The position numbers were made by a program, and so were the translations under genes. The notes below the pieces were generated by a model. It worked only from the letters and a program-made list of their open reading frames with translations, did no database searches and was not told the origin of the DNA. This document shows positions 1-7,393 of a DNA stretch of 56,381 nucleotides, piece after piece. Each line of letters starts with the position of its first letter. Position 1 is the first letter of the stretch. This DNA is from an uncultured Candidatus Saccharibacteria bacterium (GTDB lineage: Bacteria > Patescibacteriota > Minisyncoccia > Phycocordibacterales > CAIRYW01): the NCBI GenBank assembly GCA_964406475.1, contig CAYORS010000003.1, positions 1 to 56,381 on the forward strand, in the 5' to 3' direction.

Positions 1-41
1 AGAAATTATTAACCAATATAAATCTTTATAAAATTTCATTT

Positions 42-392
42 ATGAACGAATTAGATATACCAATCTTTAAAAAGTCTTACGATTTGTACAAGGATTTTTA
101 CACGCTCCGATTATCAGTACCGAAACAGGATAGATATACTCTCTGGCAAAAATGCGAGAGCTTATTAATCGAAGTCTTGGAAGGAATTCTCTTTGCAAGC
201 CAACAGTCAAAGCTAGAAAAATTACCGACTTTAGAAAAGACTAGCGTTAAGTTGAATTTTCTACGAGTTTGTATTCGACTAATGAAAGATGTCAAAGCAA
301 TTGATGCAAAGAAATATGTCATCATCGAAGCAAATCTTGATGAGATAGGAAGAATGCTTGGAGGGTGGATAAAGTCCACTAAAGAGCGTTAA
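42..392 (+). CDS. avd: Avd-like four-helix-bundle protein (DGR accessory variability determinant / 23S rRNA intervening-sequence protein family)
   Basis: 116 aa. Helical sequence with SYDLYKDFY...VPKQDRYTLWQK in the N-terminal half and LDEIGRMLGGWIKS at the C-terminus, as in the Avd/four-helix-bundle family. It ends ~40 nt from a DGR template repeat. Confidence 0.75.
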   Translation: MNELDIPIFKKSYDLYKDFYTLRLSVPKQDRYTLWQKCESLLIEVLEGILFASQQSKLEKLPTLEKTSVKLNFLRVCIRLMKDVKAIDAKKYVIIEANLDEIGRMLGGWIKSTKER

Positions 393-395
393 TAG

Positions 396-418
396 AAAAC
401 CCACATGATGTGGGTTTT
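396..418 (+). terminator. Intrinsic terminator-like hairpin after avd
   Basis: aaaacccacat / atgtgggtttt stem around a 1-nt centre, 4 nt after the avd stop. The T-run forms the 3' arm and tail. Confidence 0.55.
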
Positions 419-430
419 CTCAAGATAGAG

Positions 431-554
431 TTATGACTGCCTGGCACCCGACAGACCGATGTTGTCATTGCGGTTGTCGTCGTTCCAGTTGTTGACGTTG
501 AGACCCTTGGAATCGAAGTTGCCGACGTTGACACGGTTACCGTCCGAGTCGAGA
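431..554 (-). repeat. DGR template repeat (TR); sense strand is minus
   Basis: 124 nt, collinear with 904-1027 at a constant offset of 473. Read on the minus strand it is rich in AAC codons (LDSDGNRVNVGNFDSKGLNVNNWNDDNRNDNIG...). Differences from the VR are concentrated at TR adenines. Confidence 0.85.
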
Positions 555-832
555 TATTGCTCGTTCCCATCTATGTCACCGAGACTCTAGGTTTACTAGC
601 CTTTACAGCTCTATATCCTCCCATCTCTGAATTTAATTCAGGAGCAGTTTTGAAACACCTCCACGAGAAACGAGCAAGAAGTTCTCTCTATCCTTAATCG
701 CACTCTACCGTGATCCGTAAACCACTAGTACTCTGGCGATACCTCAGGTGAGATATCTCGCGAACTTGAATCGTGACCCAAGTTACATTAGCAAGATATA
801 AATATATTAGCGTTAATAGTATAAAAATGAAA

Positions 833-865
833 GAGCCTCCGCAAAAAAAATTTTCGCGGAGGCTC
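833..865 (-). terminator. GC-rich hairpin downstream of the DGR target gene and VR
   Basis: gagcctccgc / gcggaggctc 10-bp stem with a 13-nt A/T loop. On the minus strand it lies 38 nt after the target stop and is followed by a T-rich tail. Confidence 0.6.
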
Positions 866-903
866 AAGTATTCAAGAGAGACAAGCTCTCAAGGGTTCAA
901 GGT

Positions 904-1027
904 TCACTGCTTCCTGCTGGCCGAGACCCCAAGGTGGTCGCGGCGGACGTCGCCCCAGTAGTCGCTGACGCGGAGACCCCCGGAATCGAAGCGGCCGACG
1001 AGGACACGGCCACCGTCCGAGTCGAGA
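904..1027 (-). repeat. DGR variable region (VR), including the IMH-like 3' end
   Basis: It matches the TR 431-554. In the 94-nt mutable part (934-1027 vs 461-554) I hand-count about 24 mismatches, about 20 of them at TR adenines on the coding strand. The 3'-most ~30 nt (904-933) diverge at other bases, as IMH versus IMH* would. Confidence 0.85.
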
Positions 1028-1707
1028 CTCGAAGTCCGAACGTAAACGCTTTCGAAGAGTCGGATACCACGGACCTCGAAGTAGGTCGTGATGAACCAGC
1101 TCATTTCGGCAGCGTTCGGAACGTGCTCGAGTGCCGTGAGAAGCTTGCTCTGCTCGTCCCAGTTTTTGCTGGTCGAGTTTGTGACTGGCGTCTTCTTGAT
1201 GGCGAGCCATCCGAACGACGTTTTGTCTTCGCGAGCAAACTTCTGATCCGCATACCAACCACCCGTTTCCGAGTAGAAGTGTGTGGATTTGATTTCACGA
1301 ACATCGAGCAGTGACATCGCTGTCGGCGGTGCAGGCATGACGGCATAACCGTTTTCTTTGCACCACTTGAGCATGTCTTCCGACGGCAGACTTTCGGCGA
1401 GTGCCGTGATCTGTTCATCGGTATAGACGATGCTCGGGCGAGCCTTGCTGACTTCCTCGGGCGTAATGAAATCCGTCCCGAGGATTGACTGGGCCAGACC
1501 GTAGTCGGGCGCTTTGGCAGAGAAGCGACGGATGCCTTCTGCGAGATACTCGGCGAAACCAGGATTCTCGTTAAGGCGCTGTGCACTTTCGTCGTTGAGC
1601 CCCGCCTTGTTGTATTGGGCGCGGAACGTTTCGGTGGCTCTCTGTCCTTTCGGACTGTCTGCGGTCACCAGTGCAGACGTGTTCAATTGCTTTTTCATCG
1701 ACATCAT
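904..1707 (-). CDS. DGR target protein carrying a C-terminal variable region
   Basis: 267-aa ORF, much more GC-rich than its surroundings. The last ~40 codons are the VR. An AGGAG Shine-Dalgarno sequence abuts the first ATG, so the 4th codon ATG at 1698 (MKKQLN...) is the more likely start. Confidence 0.85.
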   Translation of the reverse strand: MMSMKKQLNTSALVTADSPKGQRATETFRAQYNKAGLNDESAQRLNENPGFAEYLAEGIRRFSAKAPDYGLAQSILGTDFITPEEVSKARPSIVYTDEQITALAESLPSEDMLKWCKENGYAVMPAPPTAMSLLDVREIKSTHFYSETGGWYADQKFAREDKTSFGWLAIKKTPVTNSTSKNWDEQSKLLTALEHVPNAAEMSWFITTYFEVRGIRLFESVYVRTSSLDSDGGRVLVGRFDSGGLRVSDYWGDVRRDHLGVSASRKQ

Positions 1708-1756
1708 CTCCTGTGTTTTGGTGTACCGAATCGTCGGTTGGCGACTTGCCTCAGAT

Positions 1757-1805
1757 TGAGACTAGCTTTTTAAACCCTTAATTAAGGCTCAAAAAGCTAG
1801 TCTCA
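1757..1805 (-). terminator. Perfect 15-bp inverted repeat between terL and the DGR target gene
   Basis: tgagactagcttttt ... aaaaagctagtctca. The loop contains the palindrome ccttaattaagg. On the minus strand it follows the terL stop at 1883 and precedes the target start. Confidence 0.5.
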
Positions 1806-1882
1806 ACAGTGAATTACTTGTGAAAGAACTACGTATAGTATAACAAATATATACATATATGTCAATAGGTATTGTAATTTTG

Positions 1883-3994
1883 CTATACCCCTATCTCAGG
1901 GTACATCAGTTCTTCCTCATAATCTTCAATTGGATAGTTATTGCATCTTTTCTCCCACACAAACGTCATTCCCAACGCATCACAAATAGATAGATCAATT
2001 CCATCTTCTGTCAGTTTCTCTCTATCAATAATTTGCATTAATCCATCACGATCTTTCCATACAACGTACAGAAGATCGTCAAACCTCAGTCGGTTAAGAA
2101 GCTTTCCTCCATTCTCTAACCACTTCTTTAACTTTCCAAATCCTGAAGCGTAGATATCTGCATACTTTCCGTCGTTGTACATATATCTGTAGCTCACATC
2201 TAGTCCATATCTCTGATGATTCTCATACTTGTCCAGTATGAATTTTCCTTCAGCGTGTTTTTGCACGAGCCTACACAACTCAATTCCACTTCCGCTGTTA
2301 TCTATAAATATATTTTGGTCTGAAAGTGGTACATCATATTTGAGTGCAAGCTCGACTACTTTTCTCGCTACCGTATCCGCATCACTCGTTGGTTCAGAGT
2401 AAAGTATTTCAGCCGCTTCTTTGGTGCGAAGAATGATGGTTGAGTGAGTTCTTCTTGCATCTGCCAATATCACACCAAACATTCCATCTCCGTACATGGG
2501 GATTCTTTCACTGTAACTTTGGTTTAGGAGTTTTTCATCAAACAAGGTGAAGTATCCTTTGTTCATTCTAGAATCTTGCTCAATAACACTTAAGACCAAA
2601 ATACCTAGAGCATCACATAAGTCATCGTGTGTTTCATTTCCAAATCCTATAAGTTGAGTAATCAGTTTTTCTGCACCATGTCTTGGAAAGAGAACTGCTC
2701 CAGATTGTATATGTGCTGAAACAAGAGATAATCTTGCTCTTTTGTCTGAACCACCAGTCTTCCATTCTTTGGCAGGATATCCGTCAGAACGTAGTTGATC
2801 GACGATTGCCTGTTGGTATGCGACGGACTCAACCCACAGGTGAACGGGCAGACCGTTGCCTGACAATCTAGAAAGCGACTTCACTTTGGATATAGTCTCG
2901 GTAAAATCCATCTTTTCATTTATTGGGTTTGGCAGTATATATATTTTTAATCCTTTTTTTCTTCCACATATTTTTCCAGATACTATAGCAGTTGAATCAT
3001 TGTCACTCTTTTGACCGATTGCGGGGTCAACCCCAATTCCTGTGTATCTCACCGTGTCATTTGGTGGAAGTTCATCGTAGTGCTGTATCCACTCGGGTCT
3101 GATCAACTGATTATCTTCAGAAACAATATTGAGCATATATTCACGCTCCCAAGCTTGTATCGTGGGTATAGATTTACGGAGAGTGTCTATATCTATCTGT
3201 GTCTGAAATTTCTCAGGCCAAATTGAAGCACCATTCGCATCCAAAAAAGGATATCGTTTCGTTACACCGTCCATTCGACCTTCAATGATAGCTTGCTTCA
3301 ATTTTGAGATAAGCGAGTCGTGATGAAGTGCAGTACCAATAACTACAAGTCTCGTATGTTTGTCTCCAAGAGGCATAATGTCACCTGTGAGCCACTTGTA
3401 CATTTTGTCGCGACTTTCTTGAGTCTTCACAATATCCAAATCTTCCAAGTCGTCACAGATGATGAGATCTGGTCTATGTGCTCCGTGTTTGATACCACGA
3501 ATTGAACTTTCAATAGAGGCTACGGTGATTCTCGCACCGTATTTCGGAAGCACGATACTTGTTGCTCTCCACTCGTCATTAGGTTCTTCAAATGGCCCAA
3601 GATCAGATCGAAGAAGTGTATTTGATTCCAGTTCAATTTTTATGTTCGCCAGATATTGTCTCGCTTGAGATTCAGTCTTTGCAATCATGAGGACAAACTT
3701 CTTCTGTTGCACTCCAAGTATCGACCATATCGCATACGAAGTACCCATGATTGTGGTTTTGCCTGATCCTCGAAAGGCTTCAATGACCACAGTCTTCTGG
3801 CTTGTATCTTCAGTGACTTCAAATAACTCTTTTTGAAATCGTGCAGTTTTATATTTCACGTAGTGAGCAAAATATACATGGAAGAACCAGTGGTGACAGG
3901 CTTTGGTGAGTTCACGTCGAATACGCTGATCTTTGACGATCAGATTAAGCTTTTCTTGTTCAATTTCTACATCGTGATTATGAGGATTGTTCAT
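1883..3994 (-). CDS. Phage terminase large subunit
   Basis: 703 aa. Walker A-like FRGSGKTT, Walker B-like LIICDDLED, an RNase-H-like nuclease segment GIGVDPAIG...HDDLCDALG, then a second segment ending in ICDALG. Confidence 0.85.
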   Translation of the reverse strand: MNNPHNHDVEIEQEKLNLIVKDQRIRRELTKACHHWFFHVYFAHYVKYKTARFQKELFEVTEDTSQKTVVIEAFRGSGKTTIMGTSYAIWSILGVQQKKFVLMIAKTESQARQYLANIKIELESNTLLRSDLGPFEEPNDEWRATSIVLPKYGARITVASIESSIRGIKHGAHRPDLIICDDLEDLDIVKTQESRDKMYKWLTGDIMPLGDKHTRLVVIGTALHHDSLISKLKQAIIEGRMDGVTKRYPFLDANGASIWPEKFQTQIDIDTLRKSIPTIQAWEREYMLNIVSEDNQLIRPEWIQHYDELPPNDTVRYTGIGVDPAIGQKSDNDSTAIVSGKICGRKKGLKIYILPNPINEKMDFTETISKVKSLSRLSGNGLPVHLWVESVAYQQAIVDQLRSDGYPAKEWKTGGSDKRARLSLVSAHIQSGAVLFPRHGAEKLITQLIGFGNETHDDLCDALGILVLSVIEQDSRMNKGYFTLFDEKLLNQSYSERIPMYGDGMFGVILADARRTHSTIILRTKEAAEILYSEPTSDADTVARKVVELALKYDVPLSDQNIFIDNSGSGIELCRLVQKHAEGKFILDKYENHQRYGLDVSYRYMYNDGKYADIYASGFGKLKKWLENGGKLLNRLRFDDLLYVVWKDRDGLMQIIDREKLTEDGIDLSICDALGMTFVWEKRCNNYPIEDYEEELMYPEIGV

Positions 3995-4400
3995 ATGATT
4001 TTTCTGTTGCGTTTTCCTTTATACCCAACGCTTCACGTATGAGAGCTTCTTGTTCAGGTGTGAGTGGATCTTCTTTTTCAATTTTTGCTTTCACTTCAAG
4101 TCTATTTCCATATTCTGGATGATGCTGACGAAGCCAAAGCTGTATAGCTTGAAAGTTTTTCTCCTTTATCAGAGTAATGAGTTGAGACTCGCTTAAGTCA
4201 CTGATTATATCTTTGCCATCTTTCATTGAATCATCTGAGTCTCTGCGGAACTGCTCATCGTCTTTCCTCCATTGATAGTAGGTAGTGCGAGATATTCCAC
4301 ACCTTTCACATGCAAGTTGAACAATGGGTGTTTTCTTTAACTGCTCAATAAGGAGTTTCTTATCAGCGTCCTGTCTTTTTTTAATAGTCTCATTTCTCAT
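3978..4400 (-). CDS. HTH DNA-binding protein, probable terminase small subunit
   Basis: 140 aa. N-terminal helix-turn-helix (CERCGISRTTYYQWRKDDEQF). It lies immediately upstream of terL and overlaps it by 17 nt, and overlaps the upstream methylase by 4 nt. Confidence 0.5.
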   Translation of the reverse strand: MRNETIKKRQDADKKLLIEQLKKTPIVQLACERCGISRTTYYQWRKDDEQFRRDSDDSMKDGKDIISDLSESQLITLIKEKNFQAIQLWLRQHHPEYGNRLEVKAKIEKEDPLTPEQEALIREALGIKENATEKSYEQSS

Positions 4401-5155
4401 ATCTGTATAGCCTTAATGCCTGTTAATTTTTCAAATCTGGAAATGGTTGTAGCAACATATTCAGGATCAAACTCAATACCGACACACTTTCTTTTTGTCT
4501 GTTCACATGCAAGAAGGGCTGTACCTGAACCCATGAATCCATCGAACACTACATCACCGACTCTTGTGCTGTTTAGAATGAGGTGACGAATCAGAGCAAC
4601 TGGTTTTGTAGTCGGGTGATACGGACTTTTGTTGGGTTTTGGATAGACAATCACACTCTTATCTTTTGACTTCAAAAATTCATGCGTGCCAAACCATCCG
4701 TATGCAATAAGTTCATGCATTGGGGCGTAATCTAATCGACCAATGACAGCATGAGTTTTTACCCAGACAATGAGCTGTGCGAATTTACATCTAGCCTTTA
4801 GCATTCCTTCTCGGAGAGCAAATATCATCTTGTCACTGTTAAAAATGTACAAGGCATTTTTCTTTTCAAGATGTGGAGTAATTGCCATGAGCCAGTCTTC
4901 TGTGAACTTCACATATTCCTCGTCACTTTGATGGTGATCATTTTCAATAACTTTGTCTTTCTTCAATTTCTGAAAGTTTCGTTTGGATTCGGTTGCTTCG
5001 ATACCGTAAGGAACATCCGTGATGATGGCCTTAATTTTTTGTTTACCGACAACCTTAGCGACAAATTCTTTTTCTCTACTGTCACCACACCCGAGAATAT
5101 GATCACCGAGCTTGAATATCATTCCGTGTTTAATTGATTTTTGTAACTTTTTCAT
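4397..5155 (-). CDS. DNA N6-adenine/N4-cytosine methyltransferase (beta-class motif order)
   Basis: 252 aa. Catalytic TDVPYG (DPPY-like) motif precedes the SAM-binding FDGFMGSGTALLACE. The start may instead be the internal MIFKLGDH at 5122, which would remove the 26-nt overlap with the upstream gene. Confidence 0.85.
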   Translation of the reverse strand: MKKLQKSIKHGMIFKLGDHILGCGDSREKEFVAKVVGKQKIKAIITDVPYGIEATESKRNFQKLKKDKVIENDHHQSDEEYVKFTEDWLMAITPHLEKKNALYIFNSDKMIFALREGMLKARCKFAQLIVWVKTHAVIGRLDYAPMHELIAYGWFGTHEFLKSKDKSVIVYPKPNKSPYHPTTKPVALIRHLILNSTRVGDVVFDGFMGSGTALLACEQTKRKCVGIEFDPEYVATTISRFEKLTGIKAIQI

Positions 5156-6410
5156 TTGGATTAAGTTTTTTAAATCTATTAATGATGAGCTGGCAGAATA
5201 CTGGTTCGTACTCAGCTATATATGCTTTACGCTTGAGACACTCGCATGCCACAAGCAAACTGCCTGACCCTCCACAGAGATCCAATATCTTGTCTCCTGG
5301 CTTACTGCATCTTCTAAGTGATTTTTCATAGAGGCTTGGAGGCTTCATTGTCGGATGCTCATAGAGATTGCTTGCCATTCTTTTTGCAAGCCAAATCTGG
5401 AACATATCCATAATGTCGTCTATCAACCTATTGCCTGTGCCAATCTCTTTATTCAGGATTTCATTGAGGTTCTTTACGCCTGATGACAAGAAGGGTTTTC
5501 CTTTAGTCGAATACATGCACAATTCGACCGCCCGATTGAACGCTATCTGTGGTGTTGGATTTTGATTGGATTTAACCCAGAAACAGAGTCGCTTGAAATC
5601 AATACCAACTTCCTTGAATATCTCTTGGAACATGCCGATGAATTTTTCATCGAGCCACGTGAAGATGTGACAGTCTGGATTCGTGGTCGACAGTGCATTG
5701 GTAAGAATATTCTTTACGAACTTTCTGTACTCAGTACTTGATTTATTGTCGTCGATTGTGCCTCCGTAGTTTTGTTTTCCACTTATACCGCCCGAGTAGT
5801 CGACCCCGATGTTATACGGAAAATCAATATTGATGACATCTATCTTTTCTTTGCCAACGAGCCTTTTTACGGTGTTCGGATCCGTGCTATCCGCGCAGAT
5901 GAGTTTATGGCTTCCAAGTGCGAATATATCGCCACGCTTGATGTTGGTTTCCTTAGCTTTCTTAATCTCAGCTTCTTGGTCGAAGTCATCATCTGAAACC
6001 TCAAGTGAGTCATCGAATATTTGTGCAAGGTCGCTATCGAATCCTGATGCAAGTAGTGTGTCGATATCAAAGTCGCTTGCAAGAACATTCCAGTCCCAAT
6101 CTCCGTGTATTCGATTACTAGATAGAAGATACTGTTTGAACTCAGAAGGCGTGAGCTTTCTGTTTGGCATTCTGACCTCTATCATTTCCTCACCACGATT
6201 CAAAAGCTGTAACGCCCTGATTCTCTGGTGACCTGCTACAATTTTTCCATCAAGATTGATTGCGGGAATTTCCGCCAGATTAAATTTTTTAAGACTCTCC
6301 TTGAGATCATCCATCTGCTTTTCACTAATAACTCTAGGGTTCTTCTCGTAGGGAAGAAGATCGTTTACTCGGCGTTTTATGGTACGCCATACCAATGGTG
6401 TTTTTGACAT
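5130..6410 (-). CDS. ParB-like nuclease domain fused to a DNA methyltransferase
   Basis: 426 aa. N-terminal ParB/Srx-like segment (IVAGHQRIRAL). C-terminal methylase with IDFPYN and ILDLCGGSGSLLVACE. Confidence 0.85.
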   Translation of the reverse strand: MSKTPLVWRTIKRRVNDLLPYEKNPRVISEKQMDDLKESLKKFNLAEIPAINLDGKIVAGHQRIRALQLLNRGEEMIEVRMPNRKLTPSEFKQYLLSSNRIHGDWDWNVLASDFDIDTLLASGFDSDLAQIFDDSLEVSDDDFDQEAEIKKAKETNIKRGDIFALGSHKLICADSTDPNTVKRLVGKEKIDVINIDFPYNIGVDYSGGISGKQNYGGTIDDNKSSTEYRKFVKNILTNALSTTNPDCHIFTWLDEKFIGMFQEIFKEVGIDFKRLCFWVKSNQNPTPQIAFNRAVELCMYSTKGKPFLSSGVKNLNEILNKEIGTGNRLIDDIMDMFQIWLAKRMASNLYEHPTMKPPSLYEKSLRRCSKPGDKILDLCGGSGSLLVACECLKRKAYIAEYEPVFCQLIINRFKKLNPNEKVTKIN

Positions 6411-6451
6411 GATTATTTTTAATAATTAATAATCCGTCATTCTCTAAAACA

Positions 6452-6481
6452 AAAACCAACATACGTGTGTATGCTGGTTTT
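6452..6481 (-). terminator. Hairpin plus T-tract just upstream of the ParB-methylase start
   Basis: aaaaccaacata / tatgctggtttt 12-bp stem with one mismatch. T-rich tails follow on both strands. On the minus strand it would end a transcript arriving from 7.4 kb. Confidence 0.45.
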
Positions 6482-7131
6482 TGTTTCTAGGTATTTTGTG
6501 CGCTTCAAAAATCTCACTAGAATAACAAAAAAGCATACCTCACATGAATGTGAATATGGTTTGTTACTTTAGTGAAATCTTCAAGCTTCTCCTATTAGAG
6601 TATTTAATCTCCCTTTATTCTTTACGTCAGAGGTAAAACAGCTGGGAAGGCTGCATCTGCTTCAGAGATCTTGAGCGAAGTGTCTTTCTATTTATTGAAA
6701 ATAGTGAGAATACGTATTCCTTGCTTCCACCCTCGAAGGCTACGTTGGGTGCTAGGTCTTGGATCGCCACCAAGACAGAATAGGAGAATATCGTATGTTC
6801 TCAAGTTTGTATTTGTTTTGAAAAGGACGGGCTTGATTACTCAAGCTGTTTATATTCTCTCATCTTGCTTCCCGTGATGTCAAACTAAGGTTGGTGGACA
6901 TCATCTGTGGCAGTATGTAAATCTTACGCTCTACCTTGAGTGTTCAGTCTATATTTGTCCTGAAATACCCTTATTTTTATTTATCTCTTGGTTTTTGACT
7001 GTAAATATTGCACCTACTCTAAAACCCATGTTTTGTGTCAGATTTGTTCGGTTTGTGAATAATTACACCCCGACCCACAAACCCTAAATTCGATTGGCTA
7101 AGTATGCTAAAATACCCTTACAAGGCCTCGA

Positions 7132-7292
7132 GGTGTGGGTACCATACCCGAGTACACCGTAGGAGCAAAAAACAAAGTTTTTTGAGAGAAAGTGTGGGAC
7201 ACTTTCGTGAGGGATTCGAAAGGATTTTCGGGACCCGGCCTAGTAAGGCTGGGTGAAAATCCAGGCGATAAGCTTAGAGTGCCCGAGAGGGC
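7132..7292. ncRNA. Candidate structured RNA core, unclassified
   Basis: Five consecutive near-perfect hairpins in 160 nt: 7132-7158 (nested), 7166-7184, 7188-7206, 7222-7262 (8-bp outer stem enclosing a 7-bp stem at 7234-7253), and 7281-7292 (GAGA tetraloop). The region has no credible ORF and is more GC-rich than its flanks. One G-U pair favours the plus strand only weakly. Confidence 0.3.
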
Positions 7293-7393
7293 TTCGAGAA
7301 ATTCTTGGAGCGACGGCGATAAAATGTTCTTGACCGAATATCCCTCCGTCTTCAATTTACAAAATAAGGTCGACTCGTCATTTATATAAAAAC

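Larger units (their letters stand above)
1..6481 (-). mobile_element. Phage-derived region, partial and truncated by the left window edge: ParB-methylase, methylase, HTH/small-terminase-like, large terminase and DGR cassette
   Basis: Co-oriented, overlapping minus-strand genes of typical phage packaging and methylation function, followed by DGR components. No integrase, portal or capsid gene is in the window, so the extent and the activity are unknown. Confidence 0.5.

Noticed and set aside
379-570. 63-aa minus-strand ORF rich in T/S/V covering the template repeat
   Set aside because: It is a different frame of the DGR TR, low-complexity, and overlaps the avd terminator. The TR is an RNA template, not a gene.
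872-1759. Four long overlapping ORFs (872-1258 minus, 934-1314 plus, 1101-1586 minus, 1514-1759 plus) over the DGR target gene
   Set aside because: They are typical open-frame artefacts of a GC-rich segment. Only the 904-1707 frame carries the VR in register with the TR and has an SD/ATG.
7197-7300. Resemblance to tmRNA 5' sequence (GGGAC...GGAUUCGAAAGGAUUU; GCUUAGAG) and to RNase P (GUAAGG..GGUGAAA)
   Set aside because: I could find no T-arm (GGUUCGAnUCC-type), no 3' acceptor strand complementary to the putative 5' end, no convincing tag reading frame, and no GAGGAAAGUCC core. The short matches may be chance. This needs a covariance-model scan, so I kept it only as an unclassified candidate.
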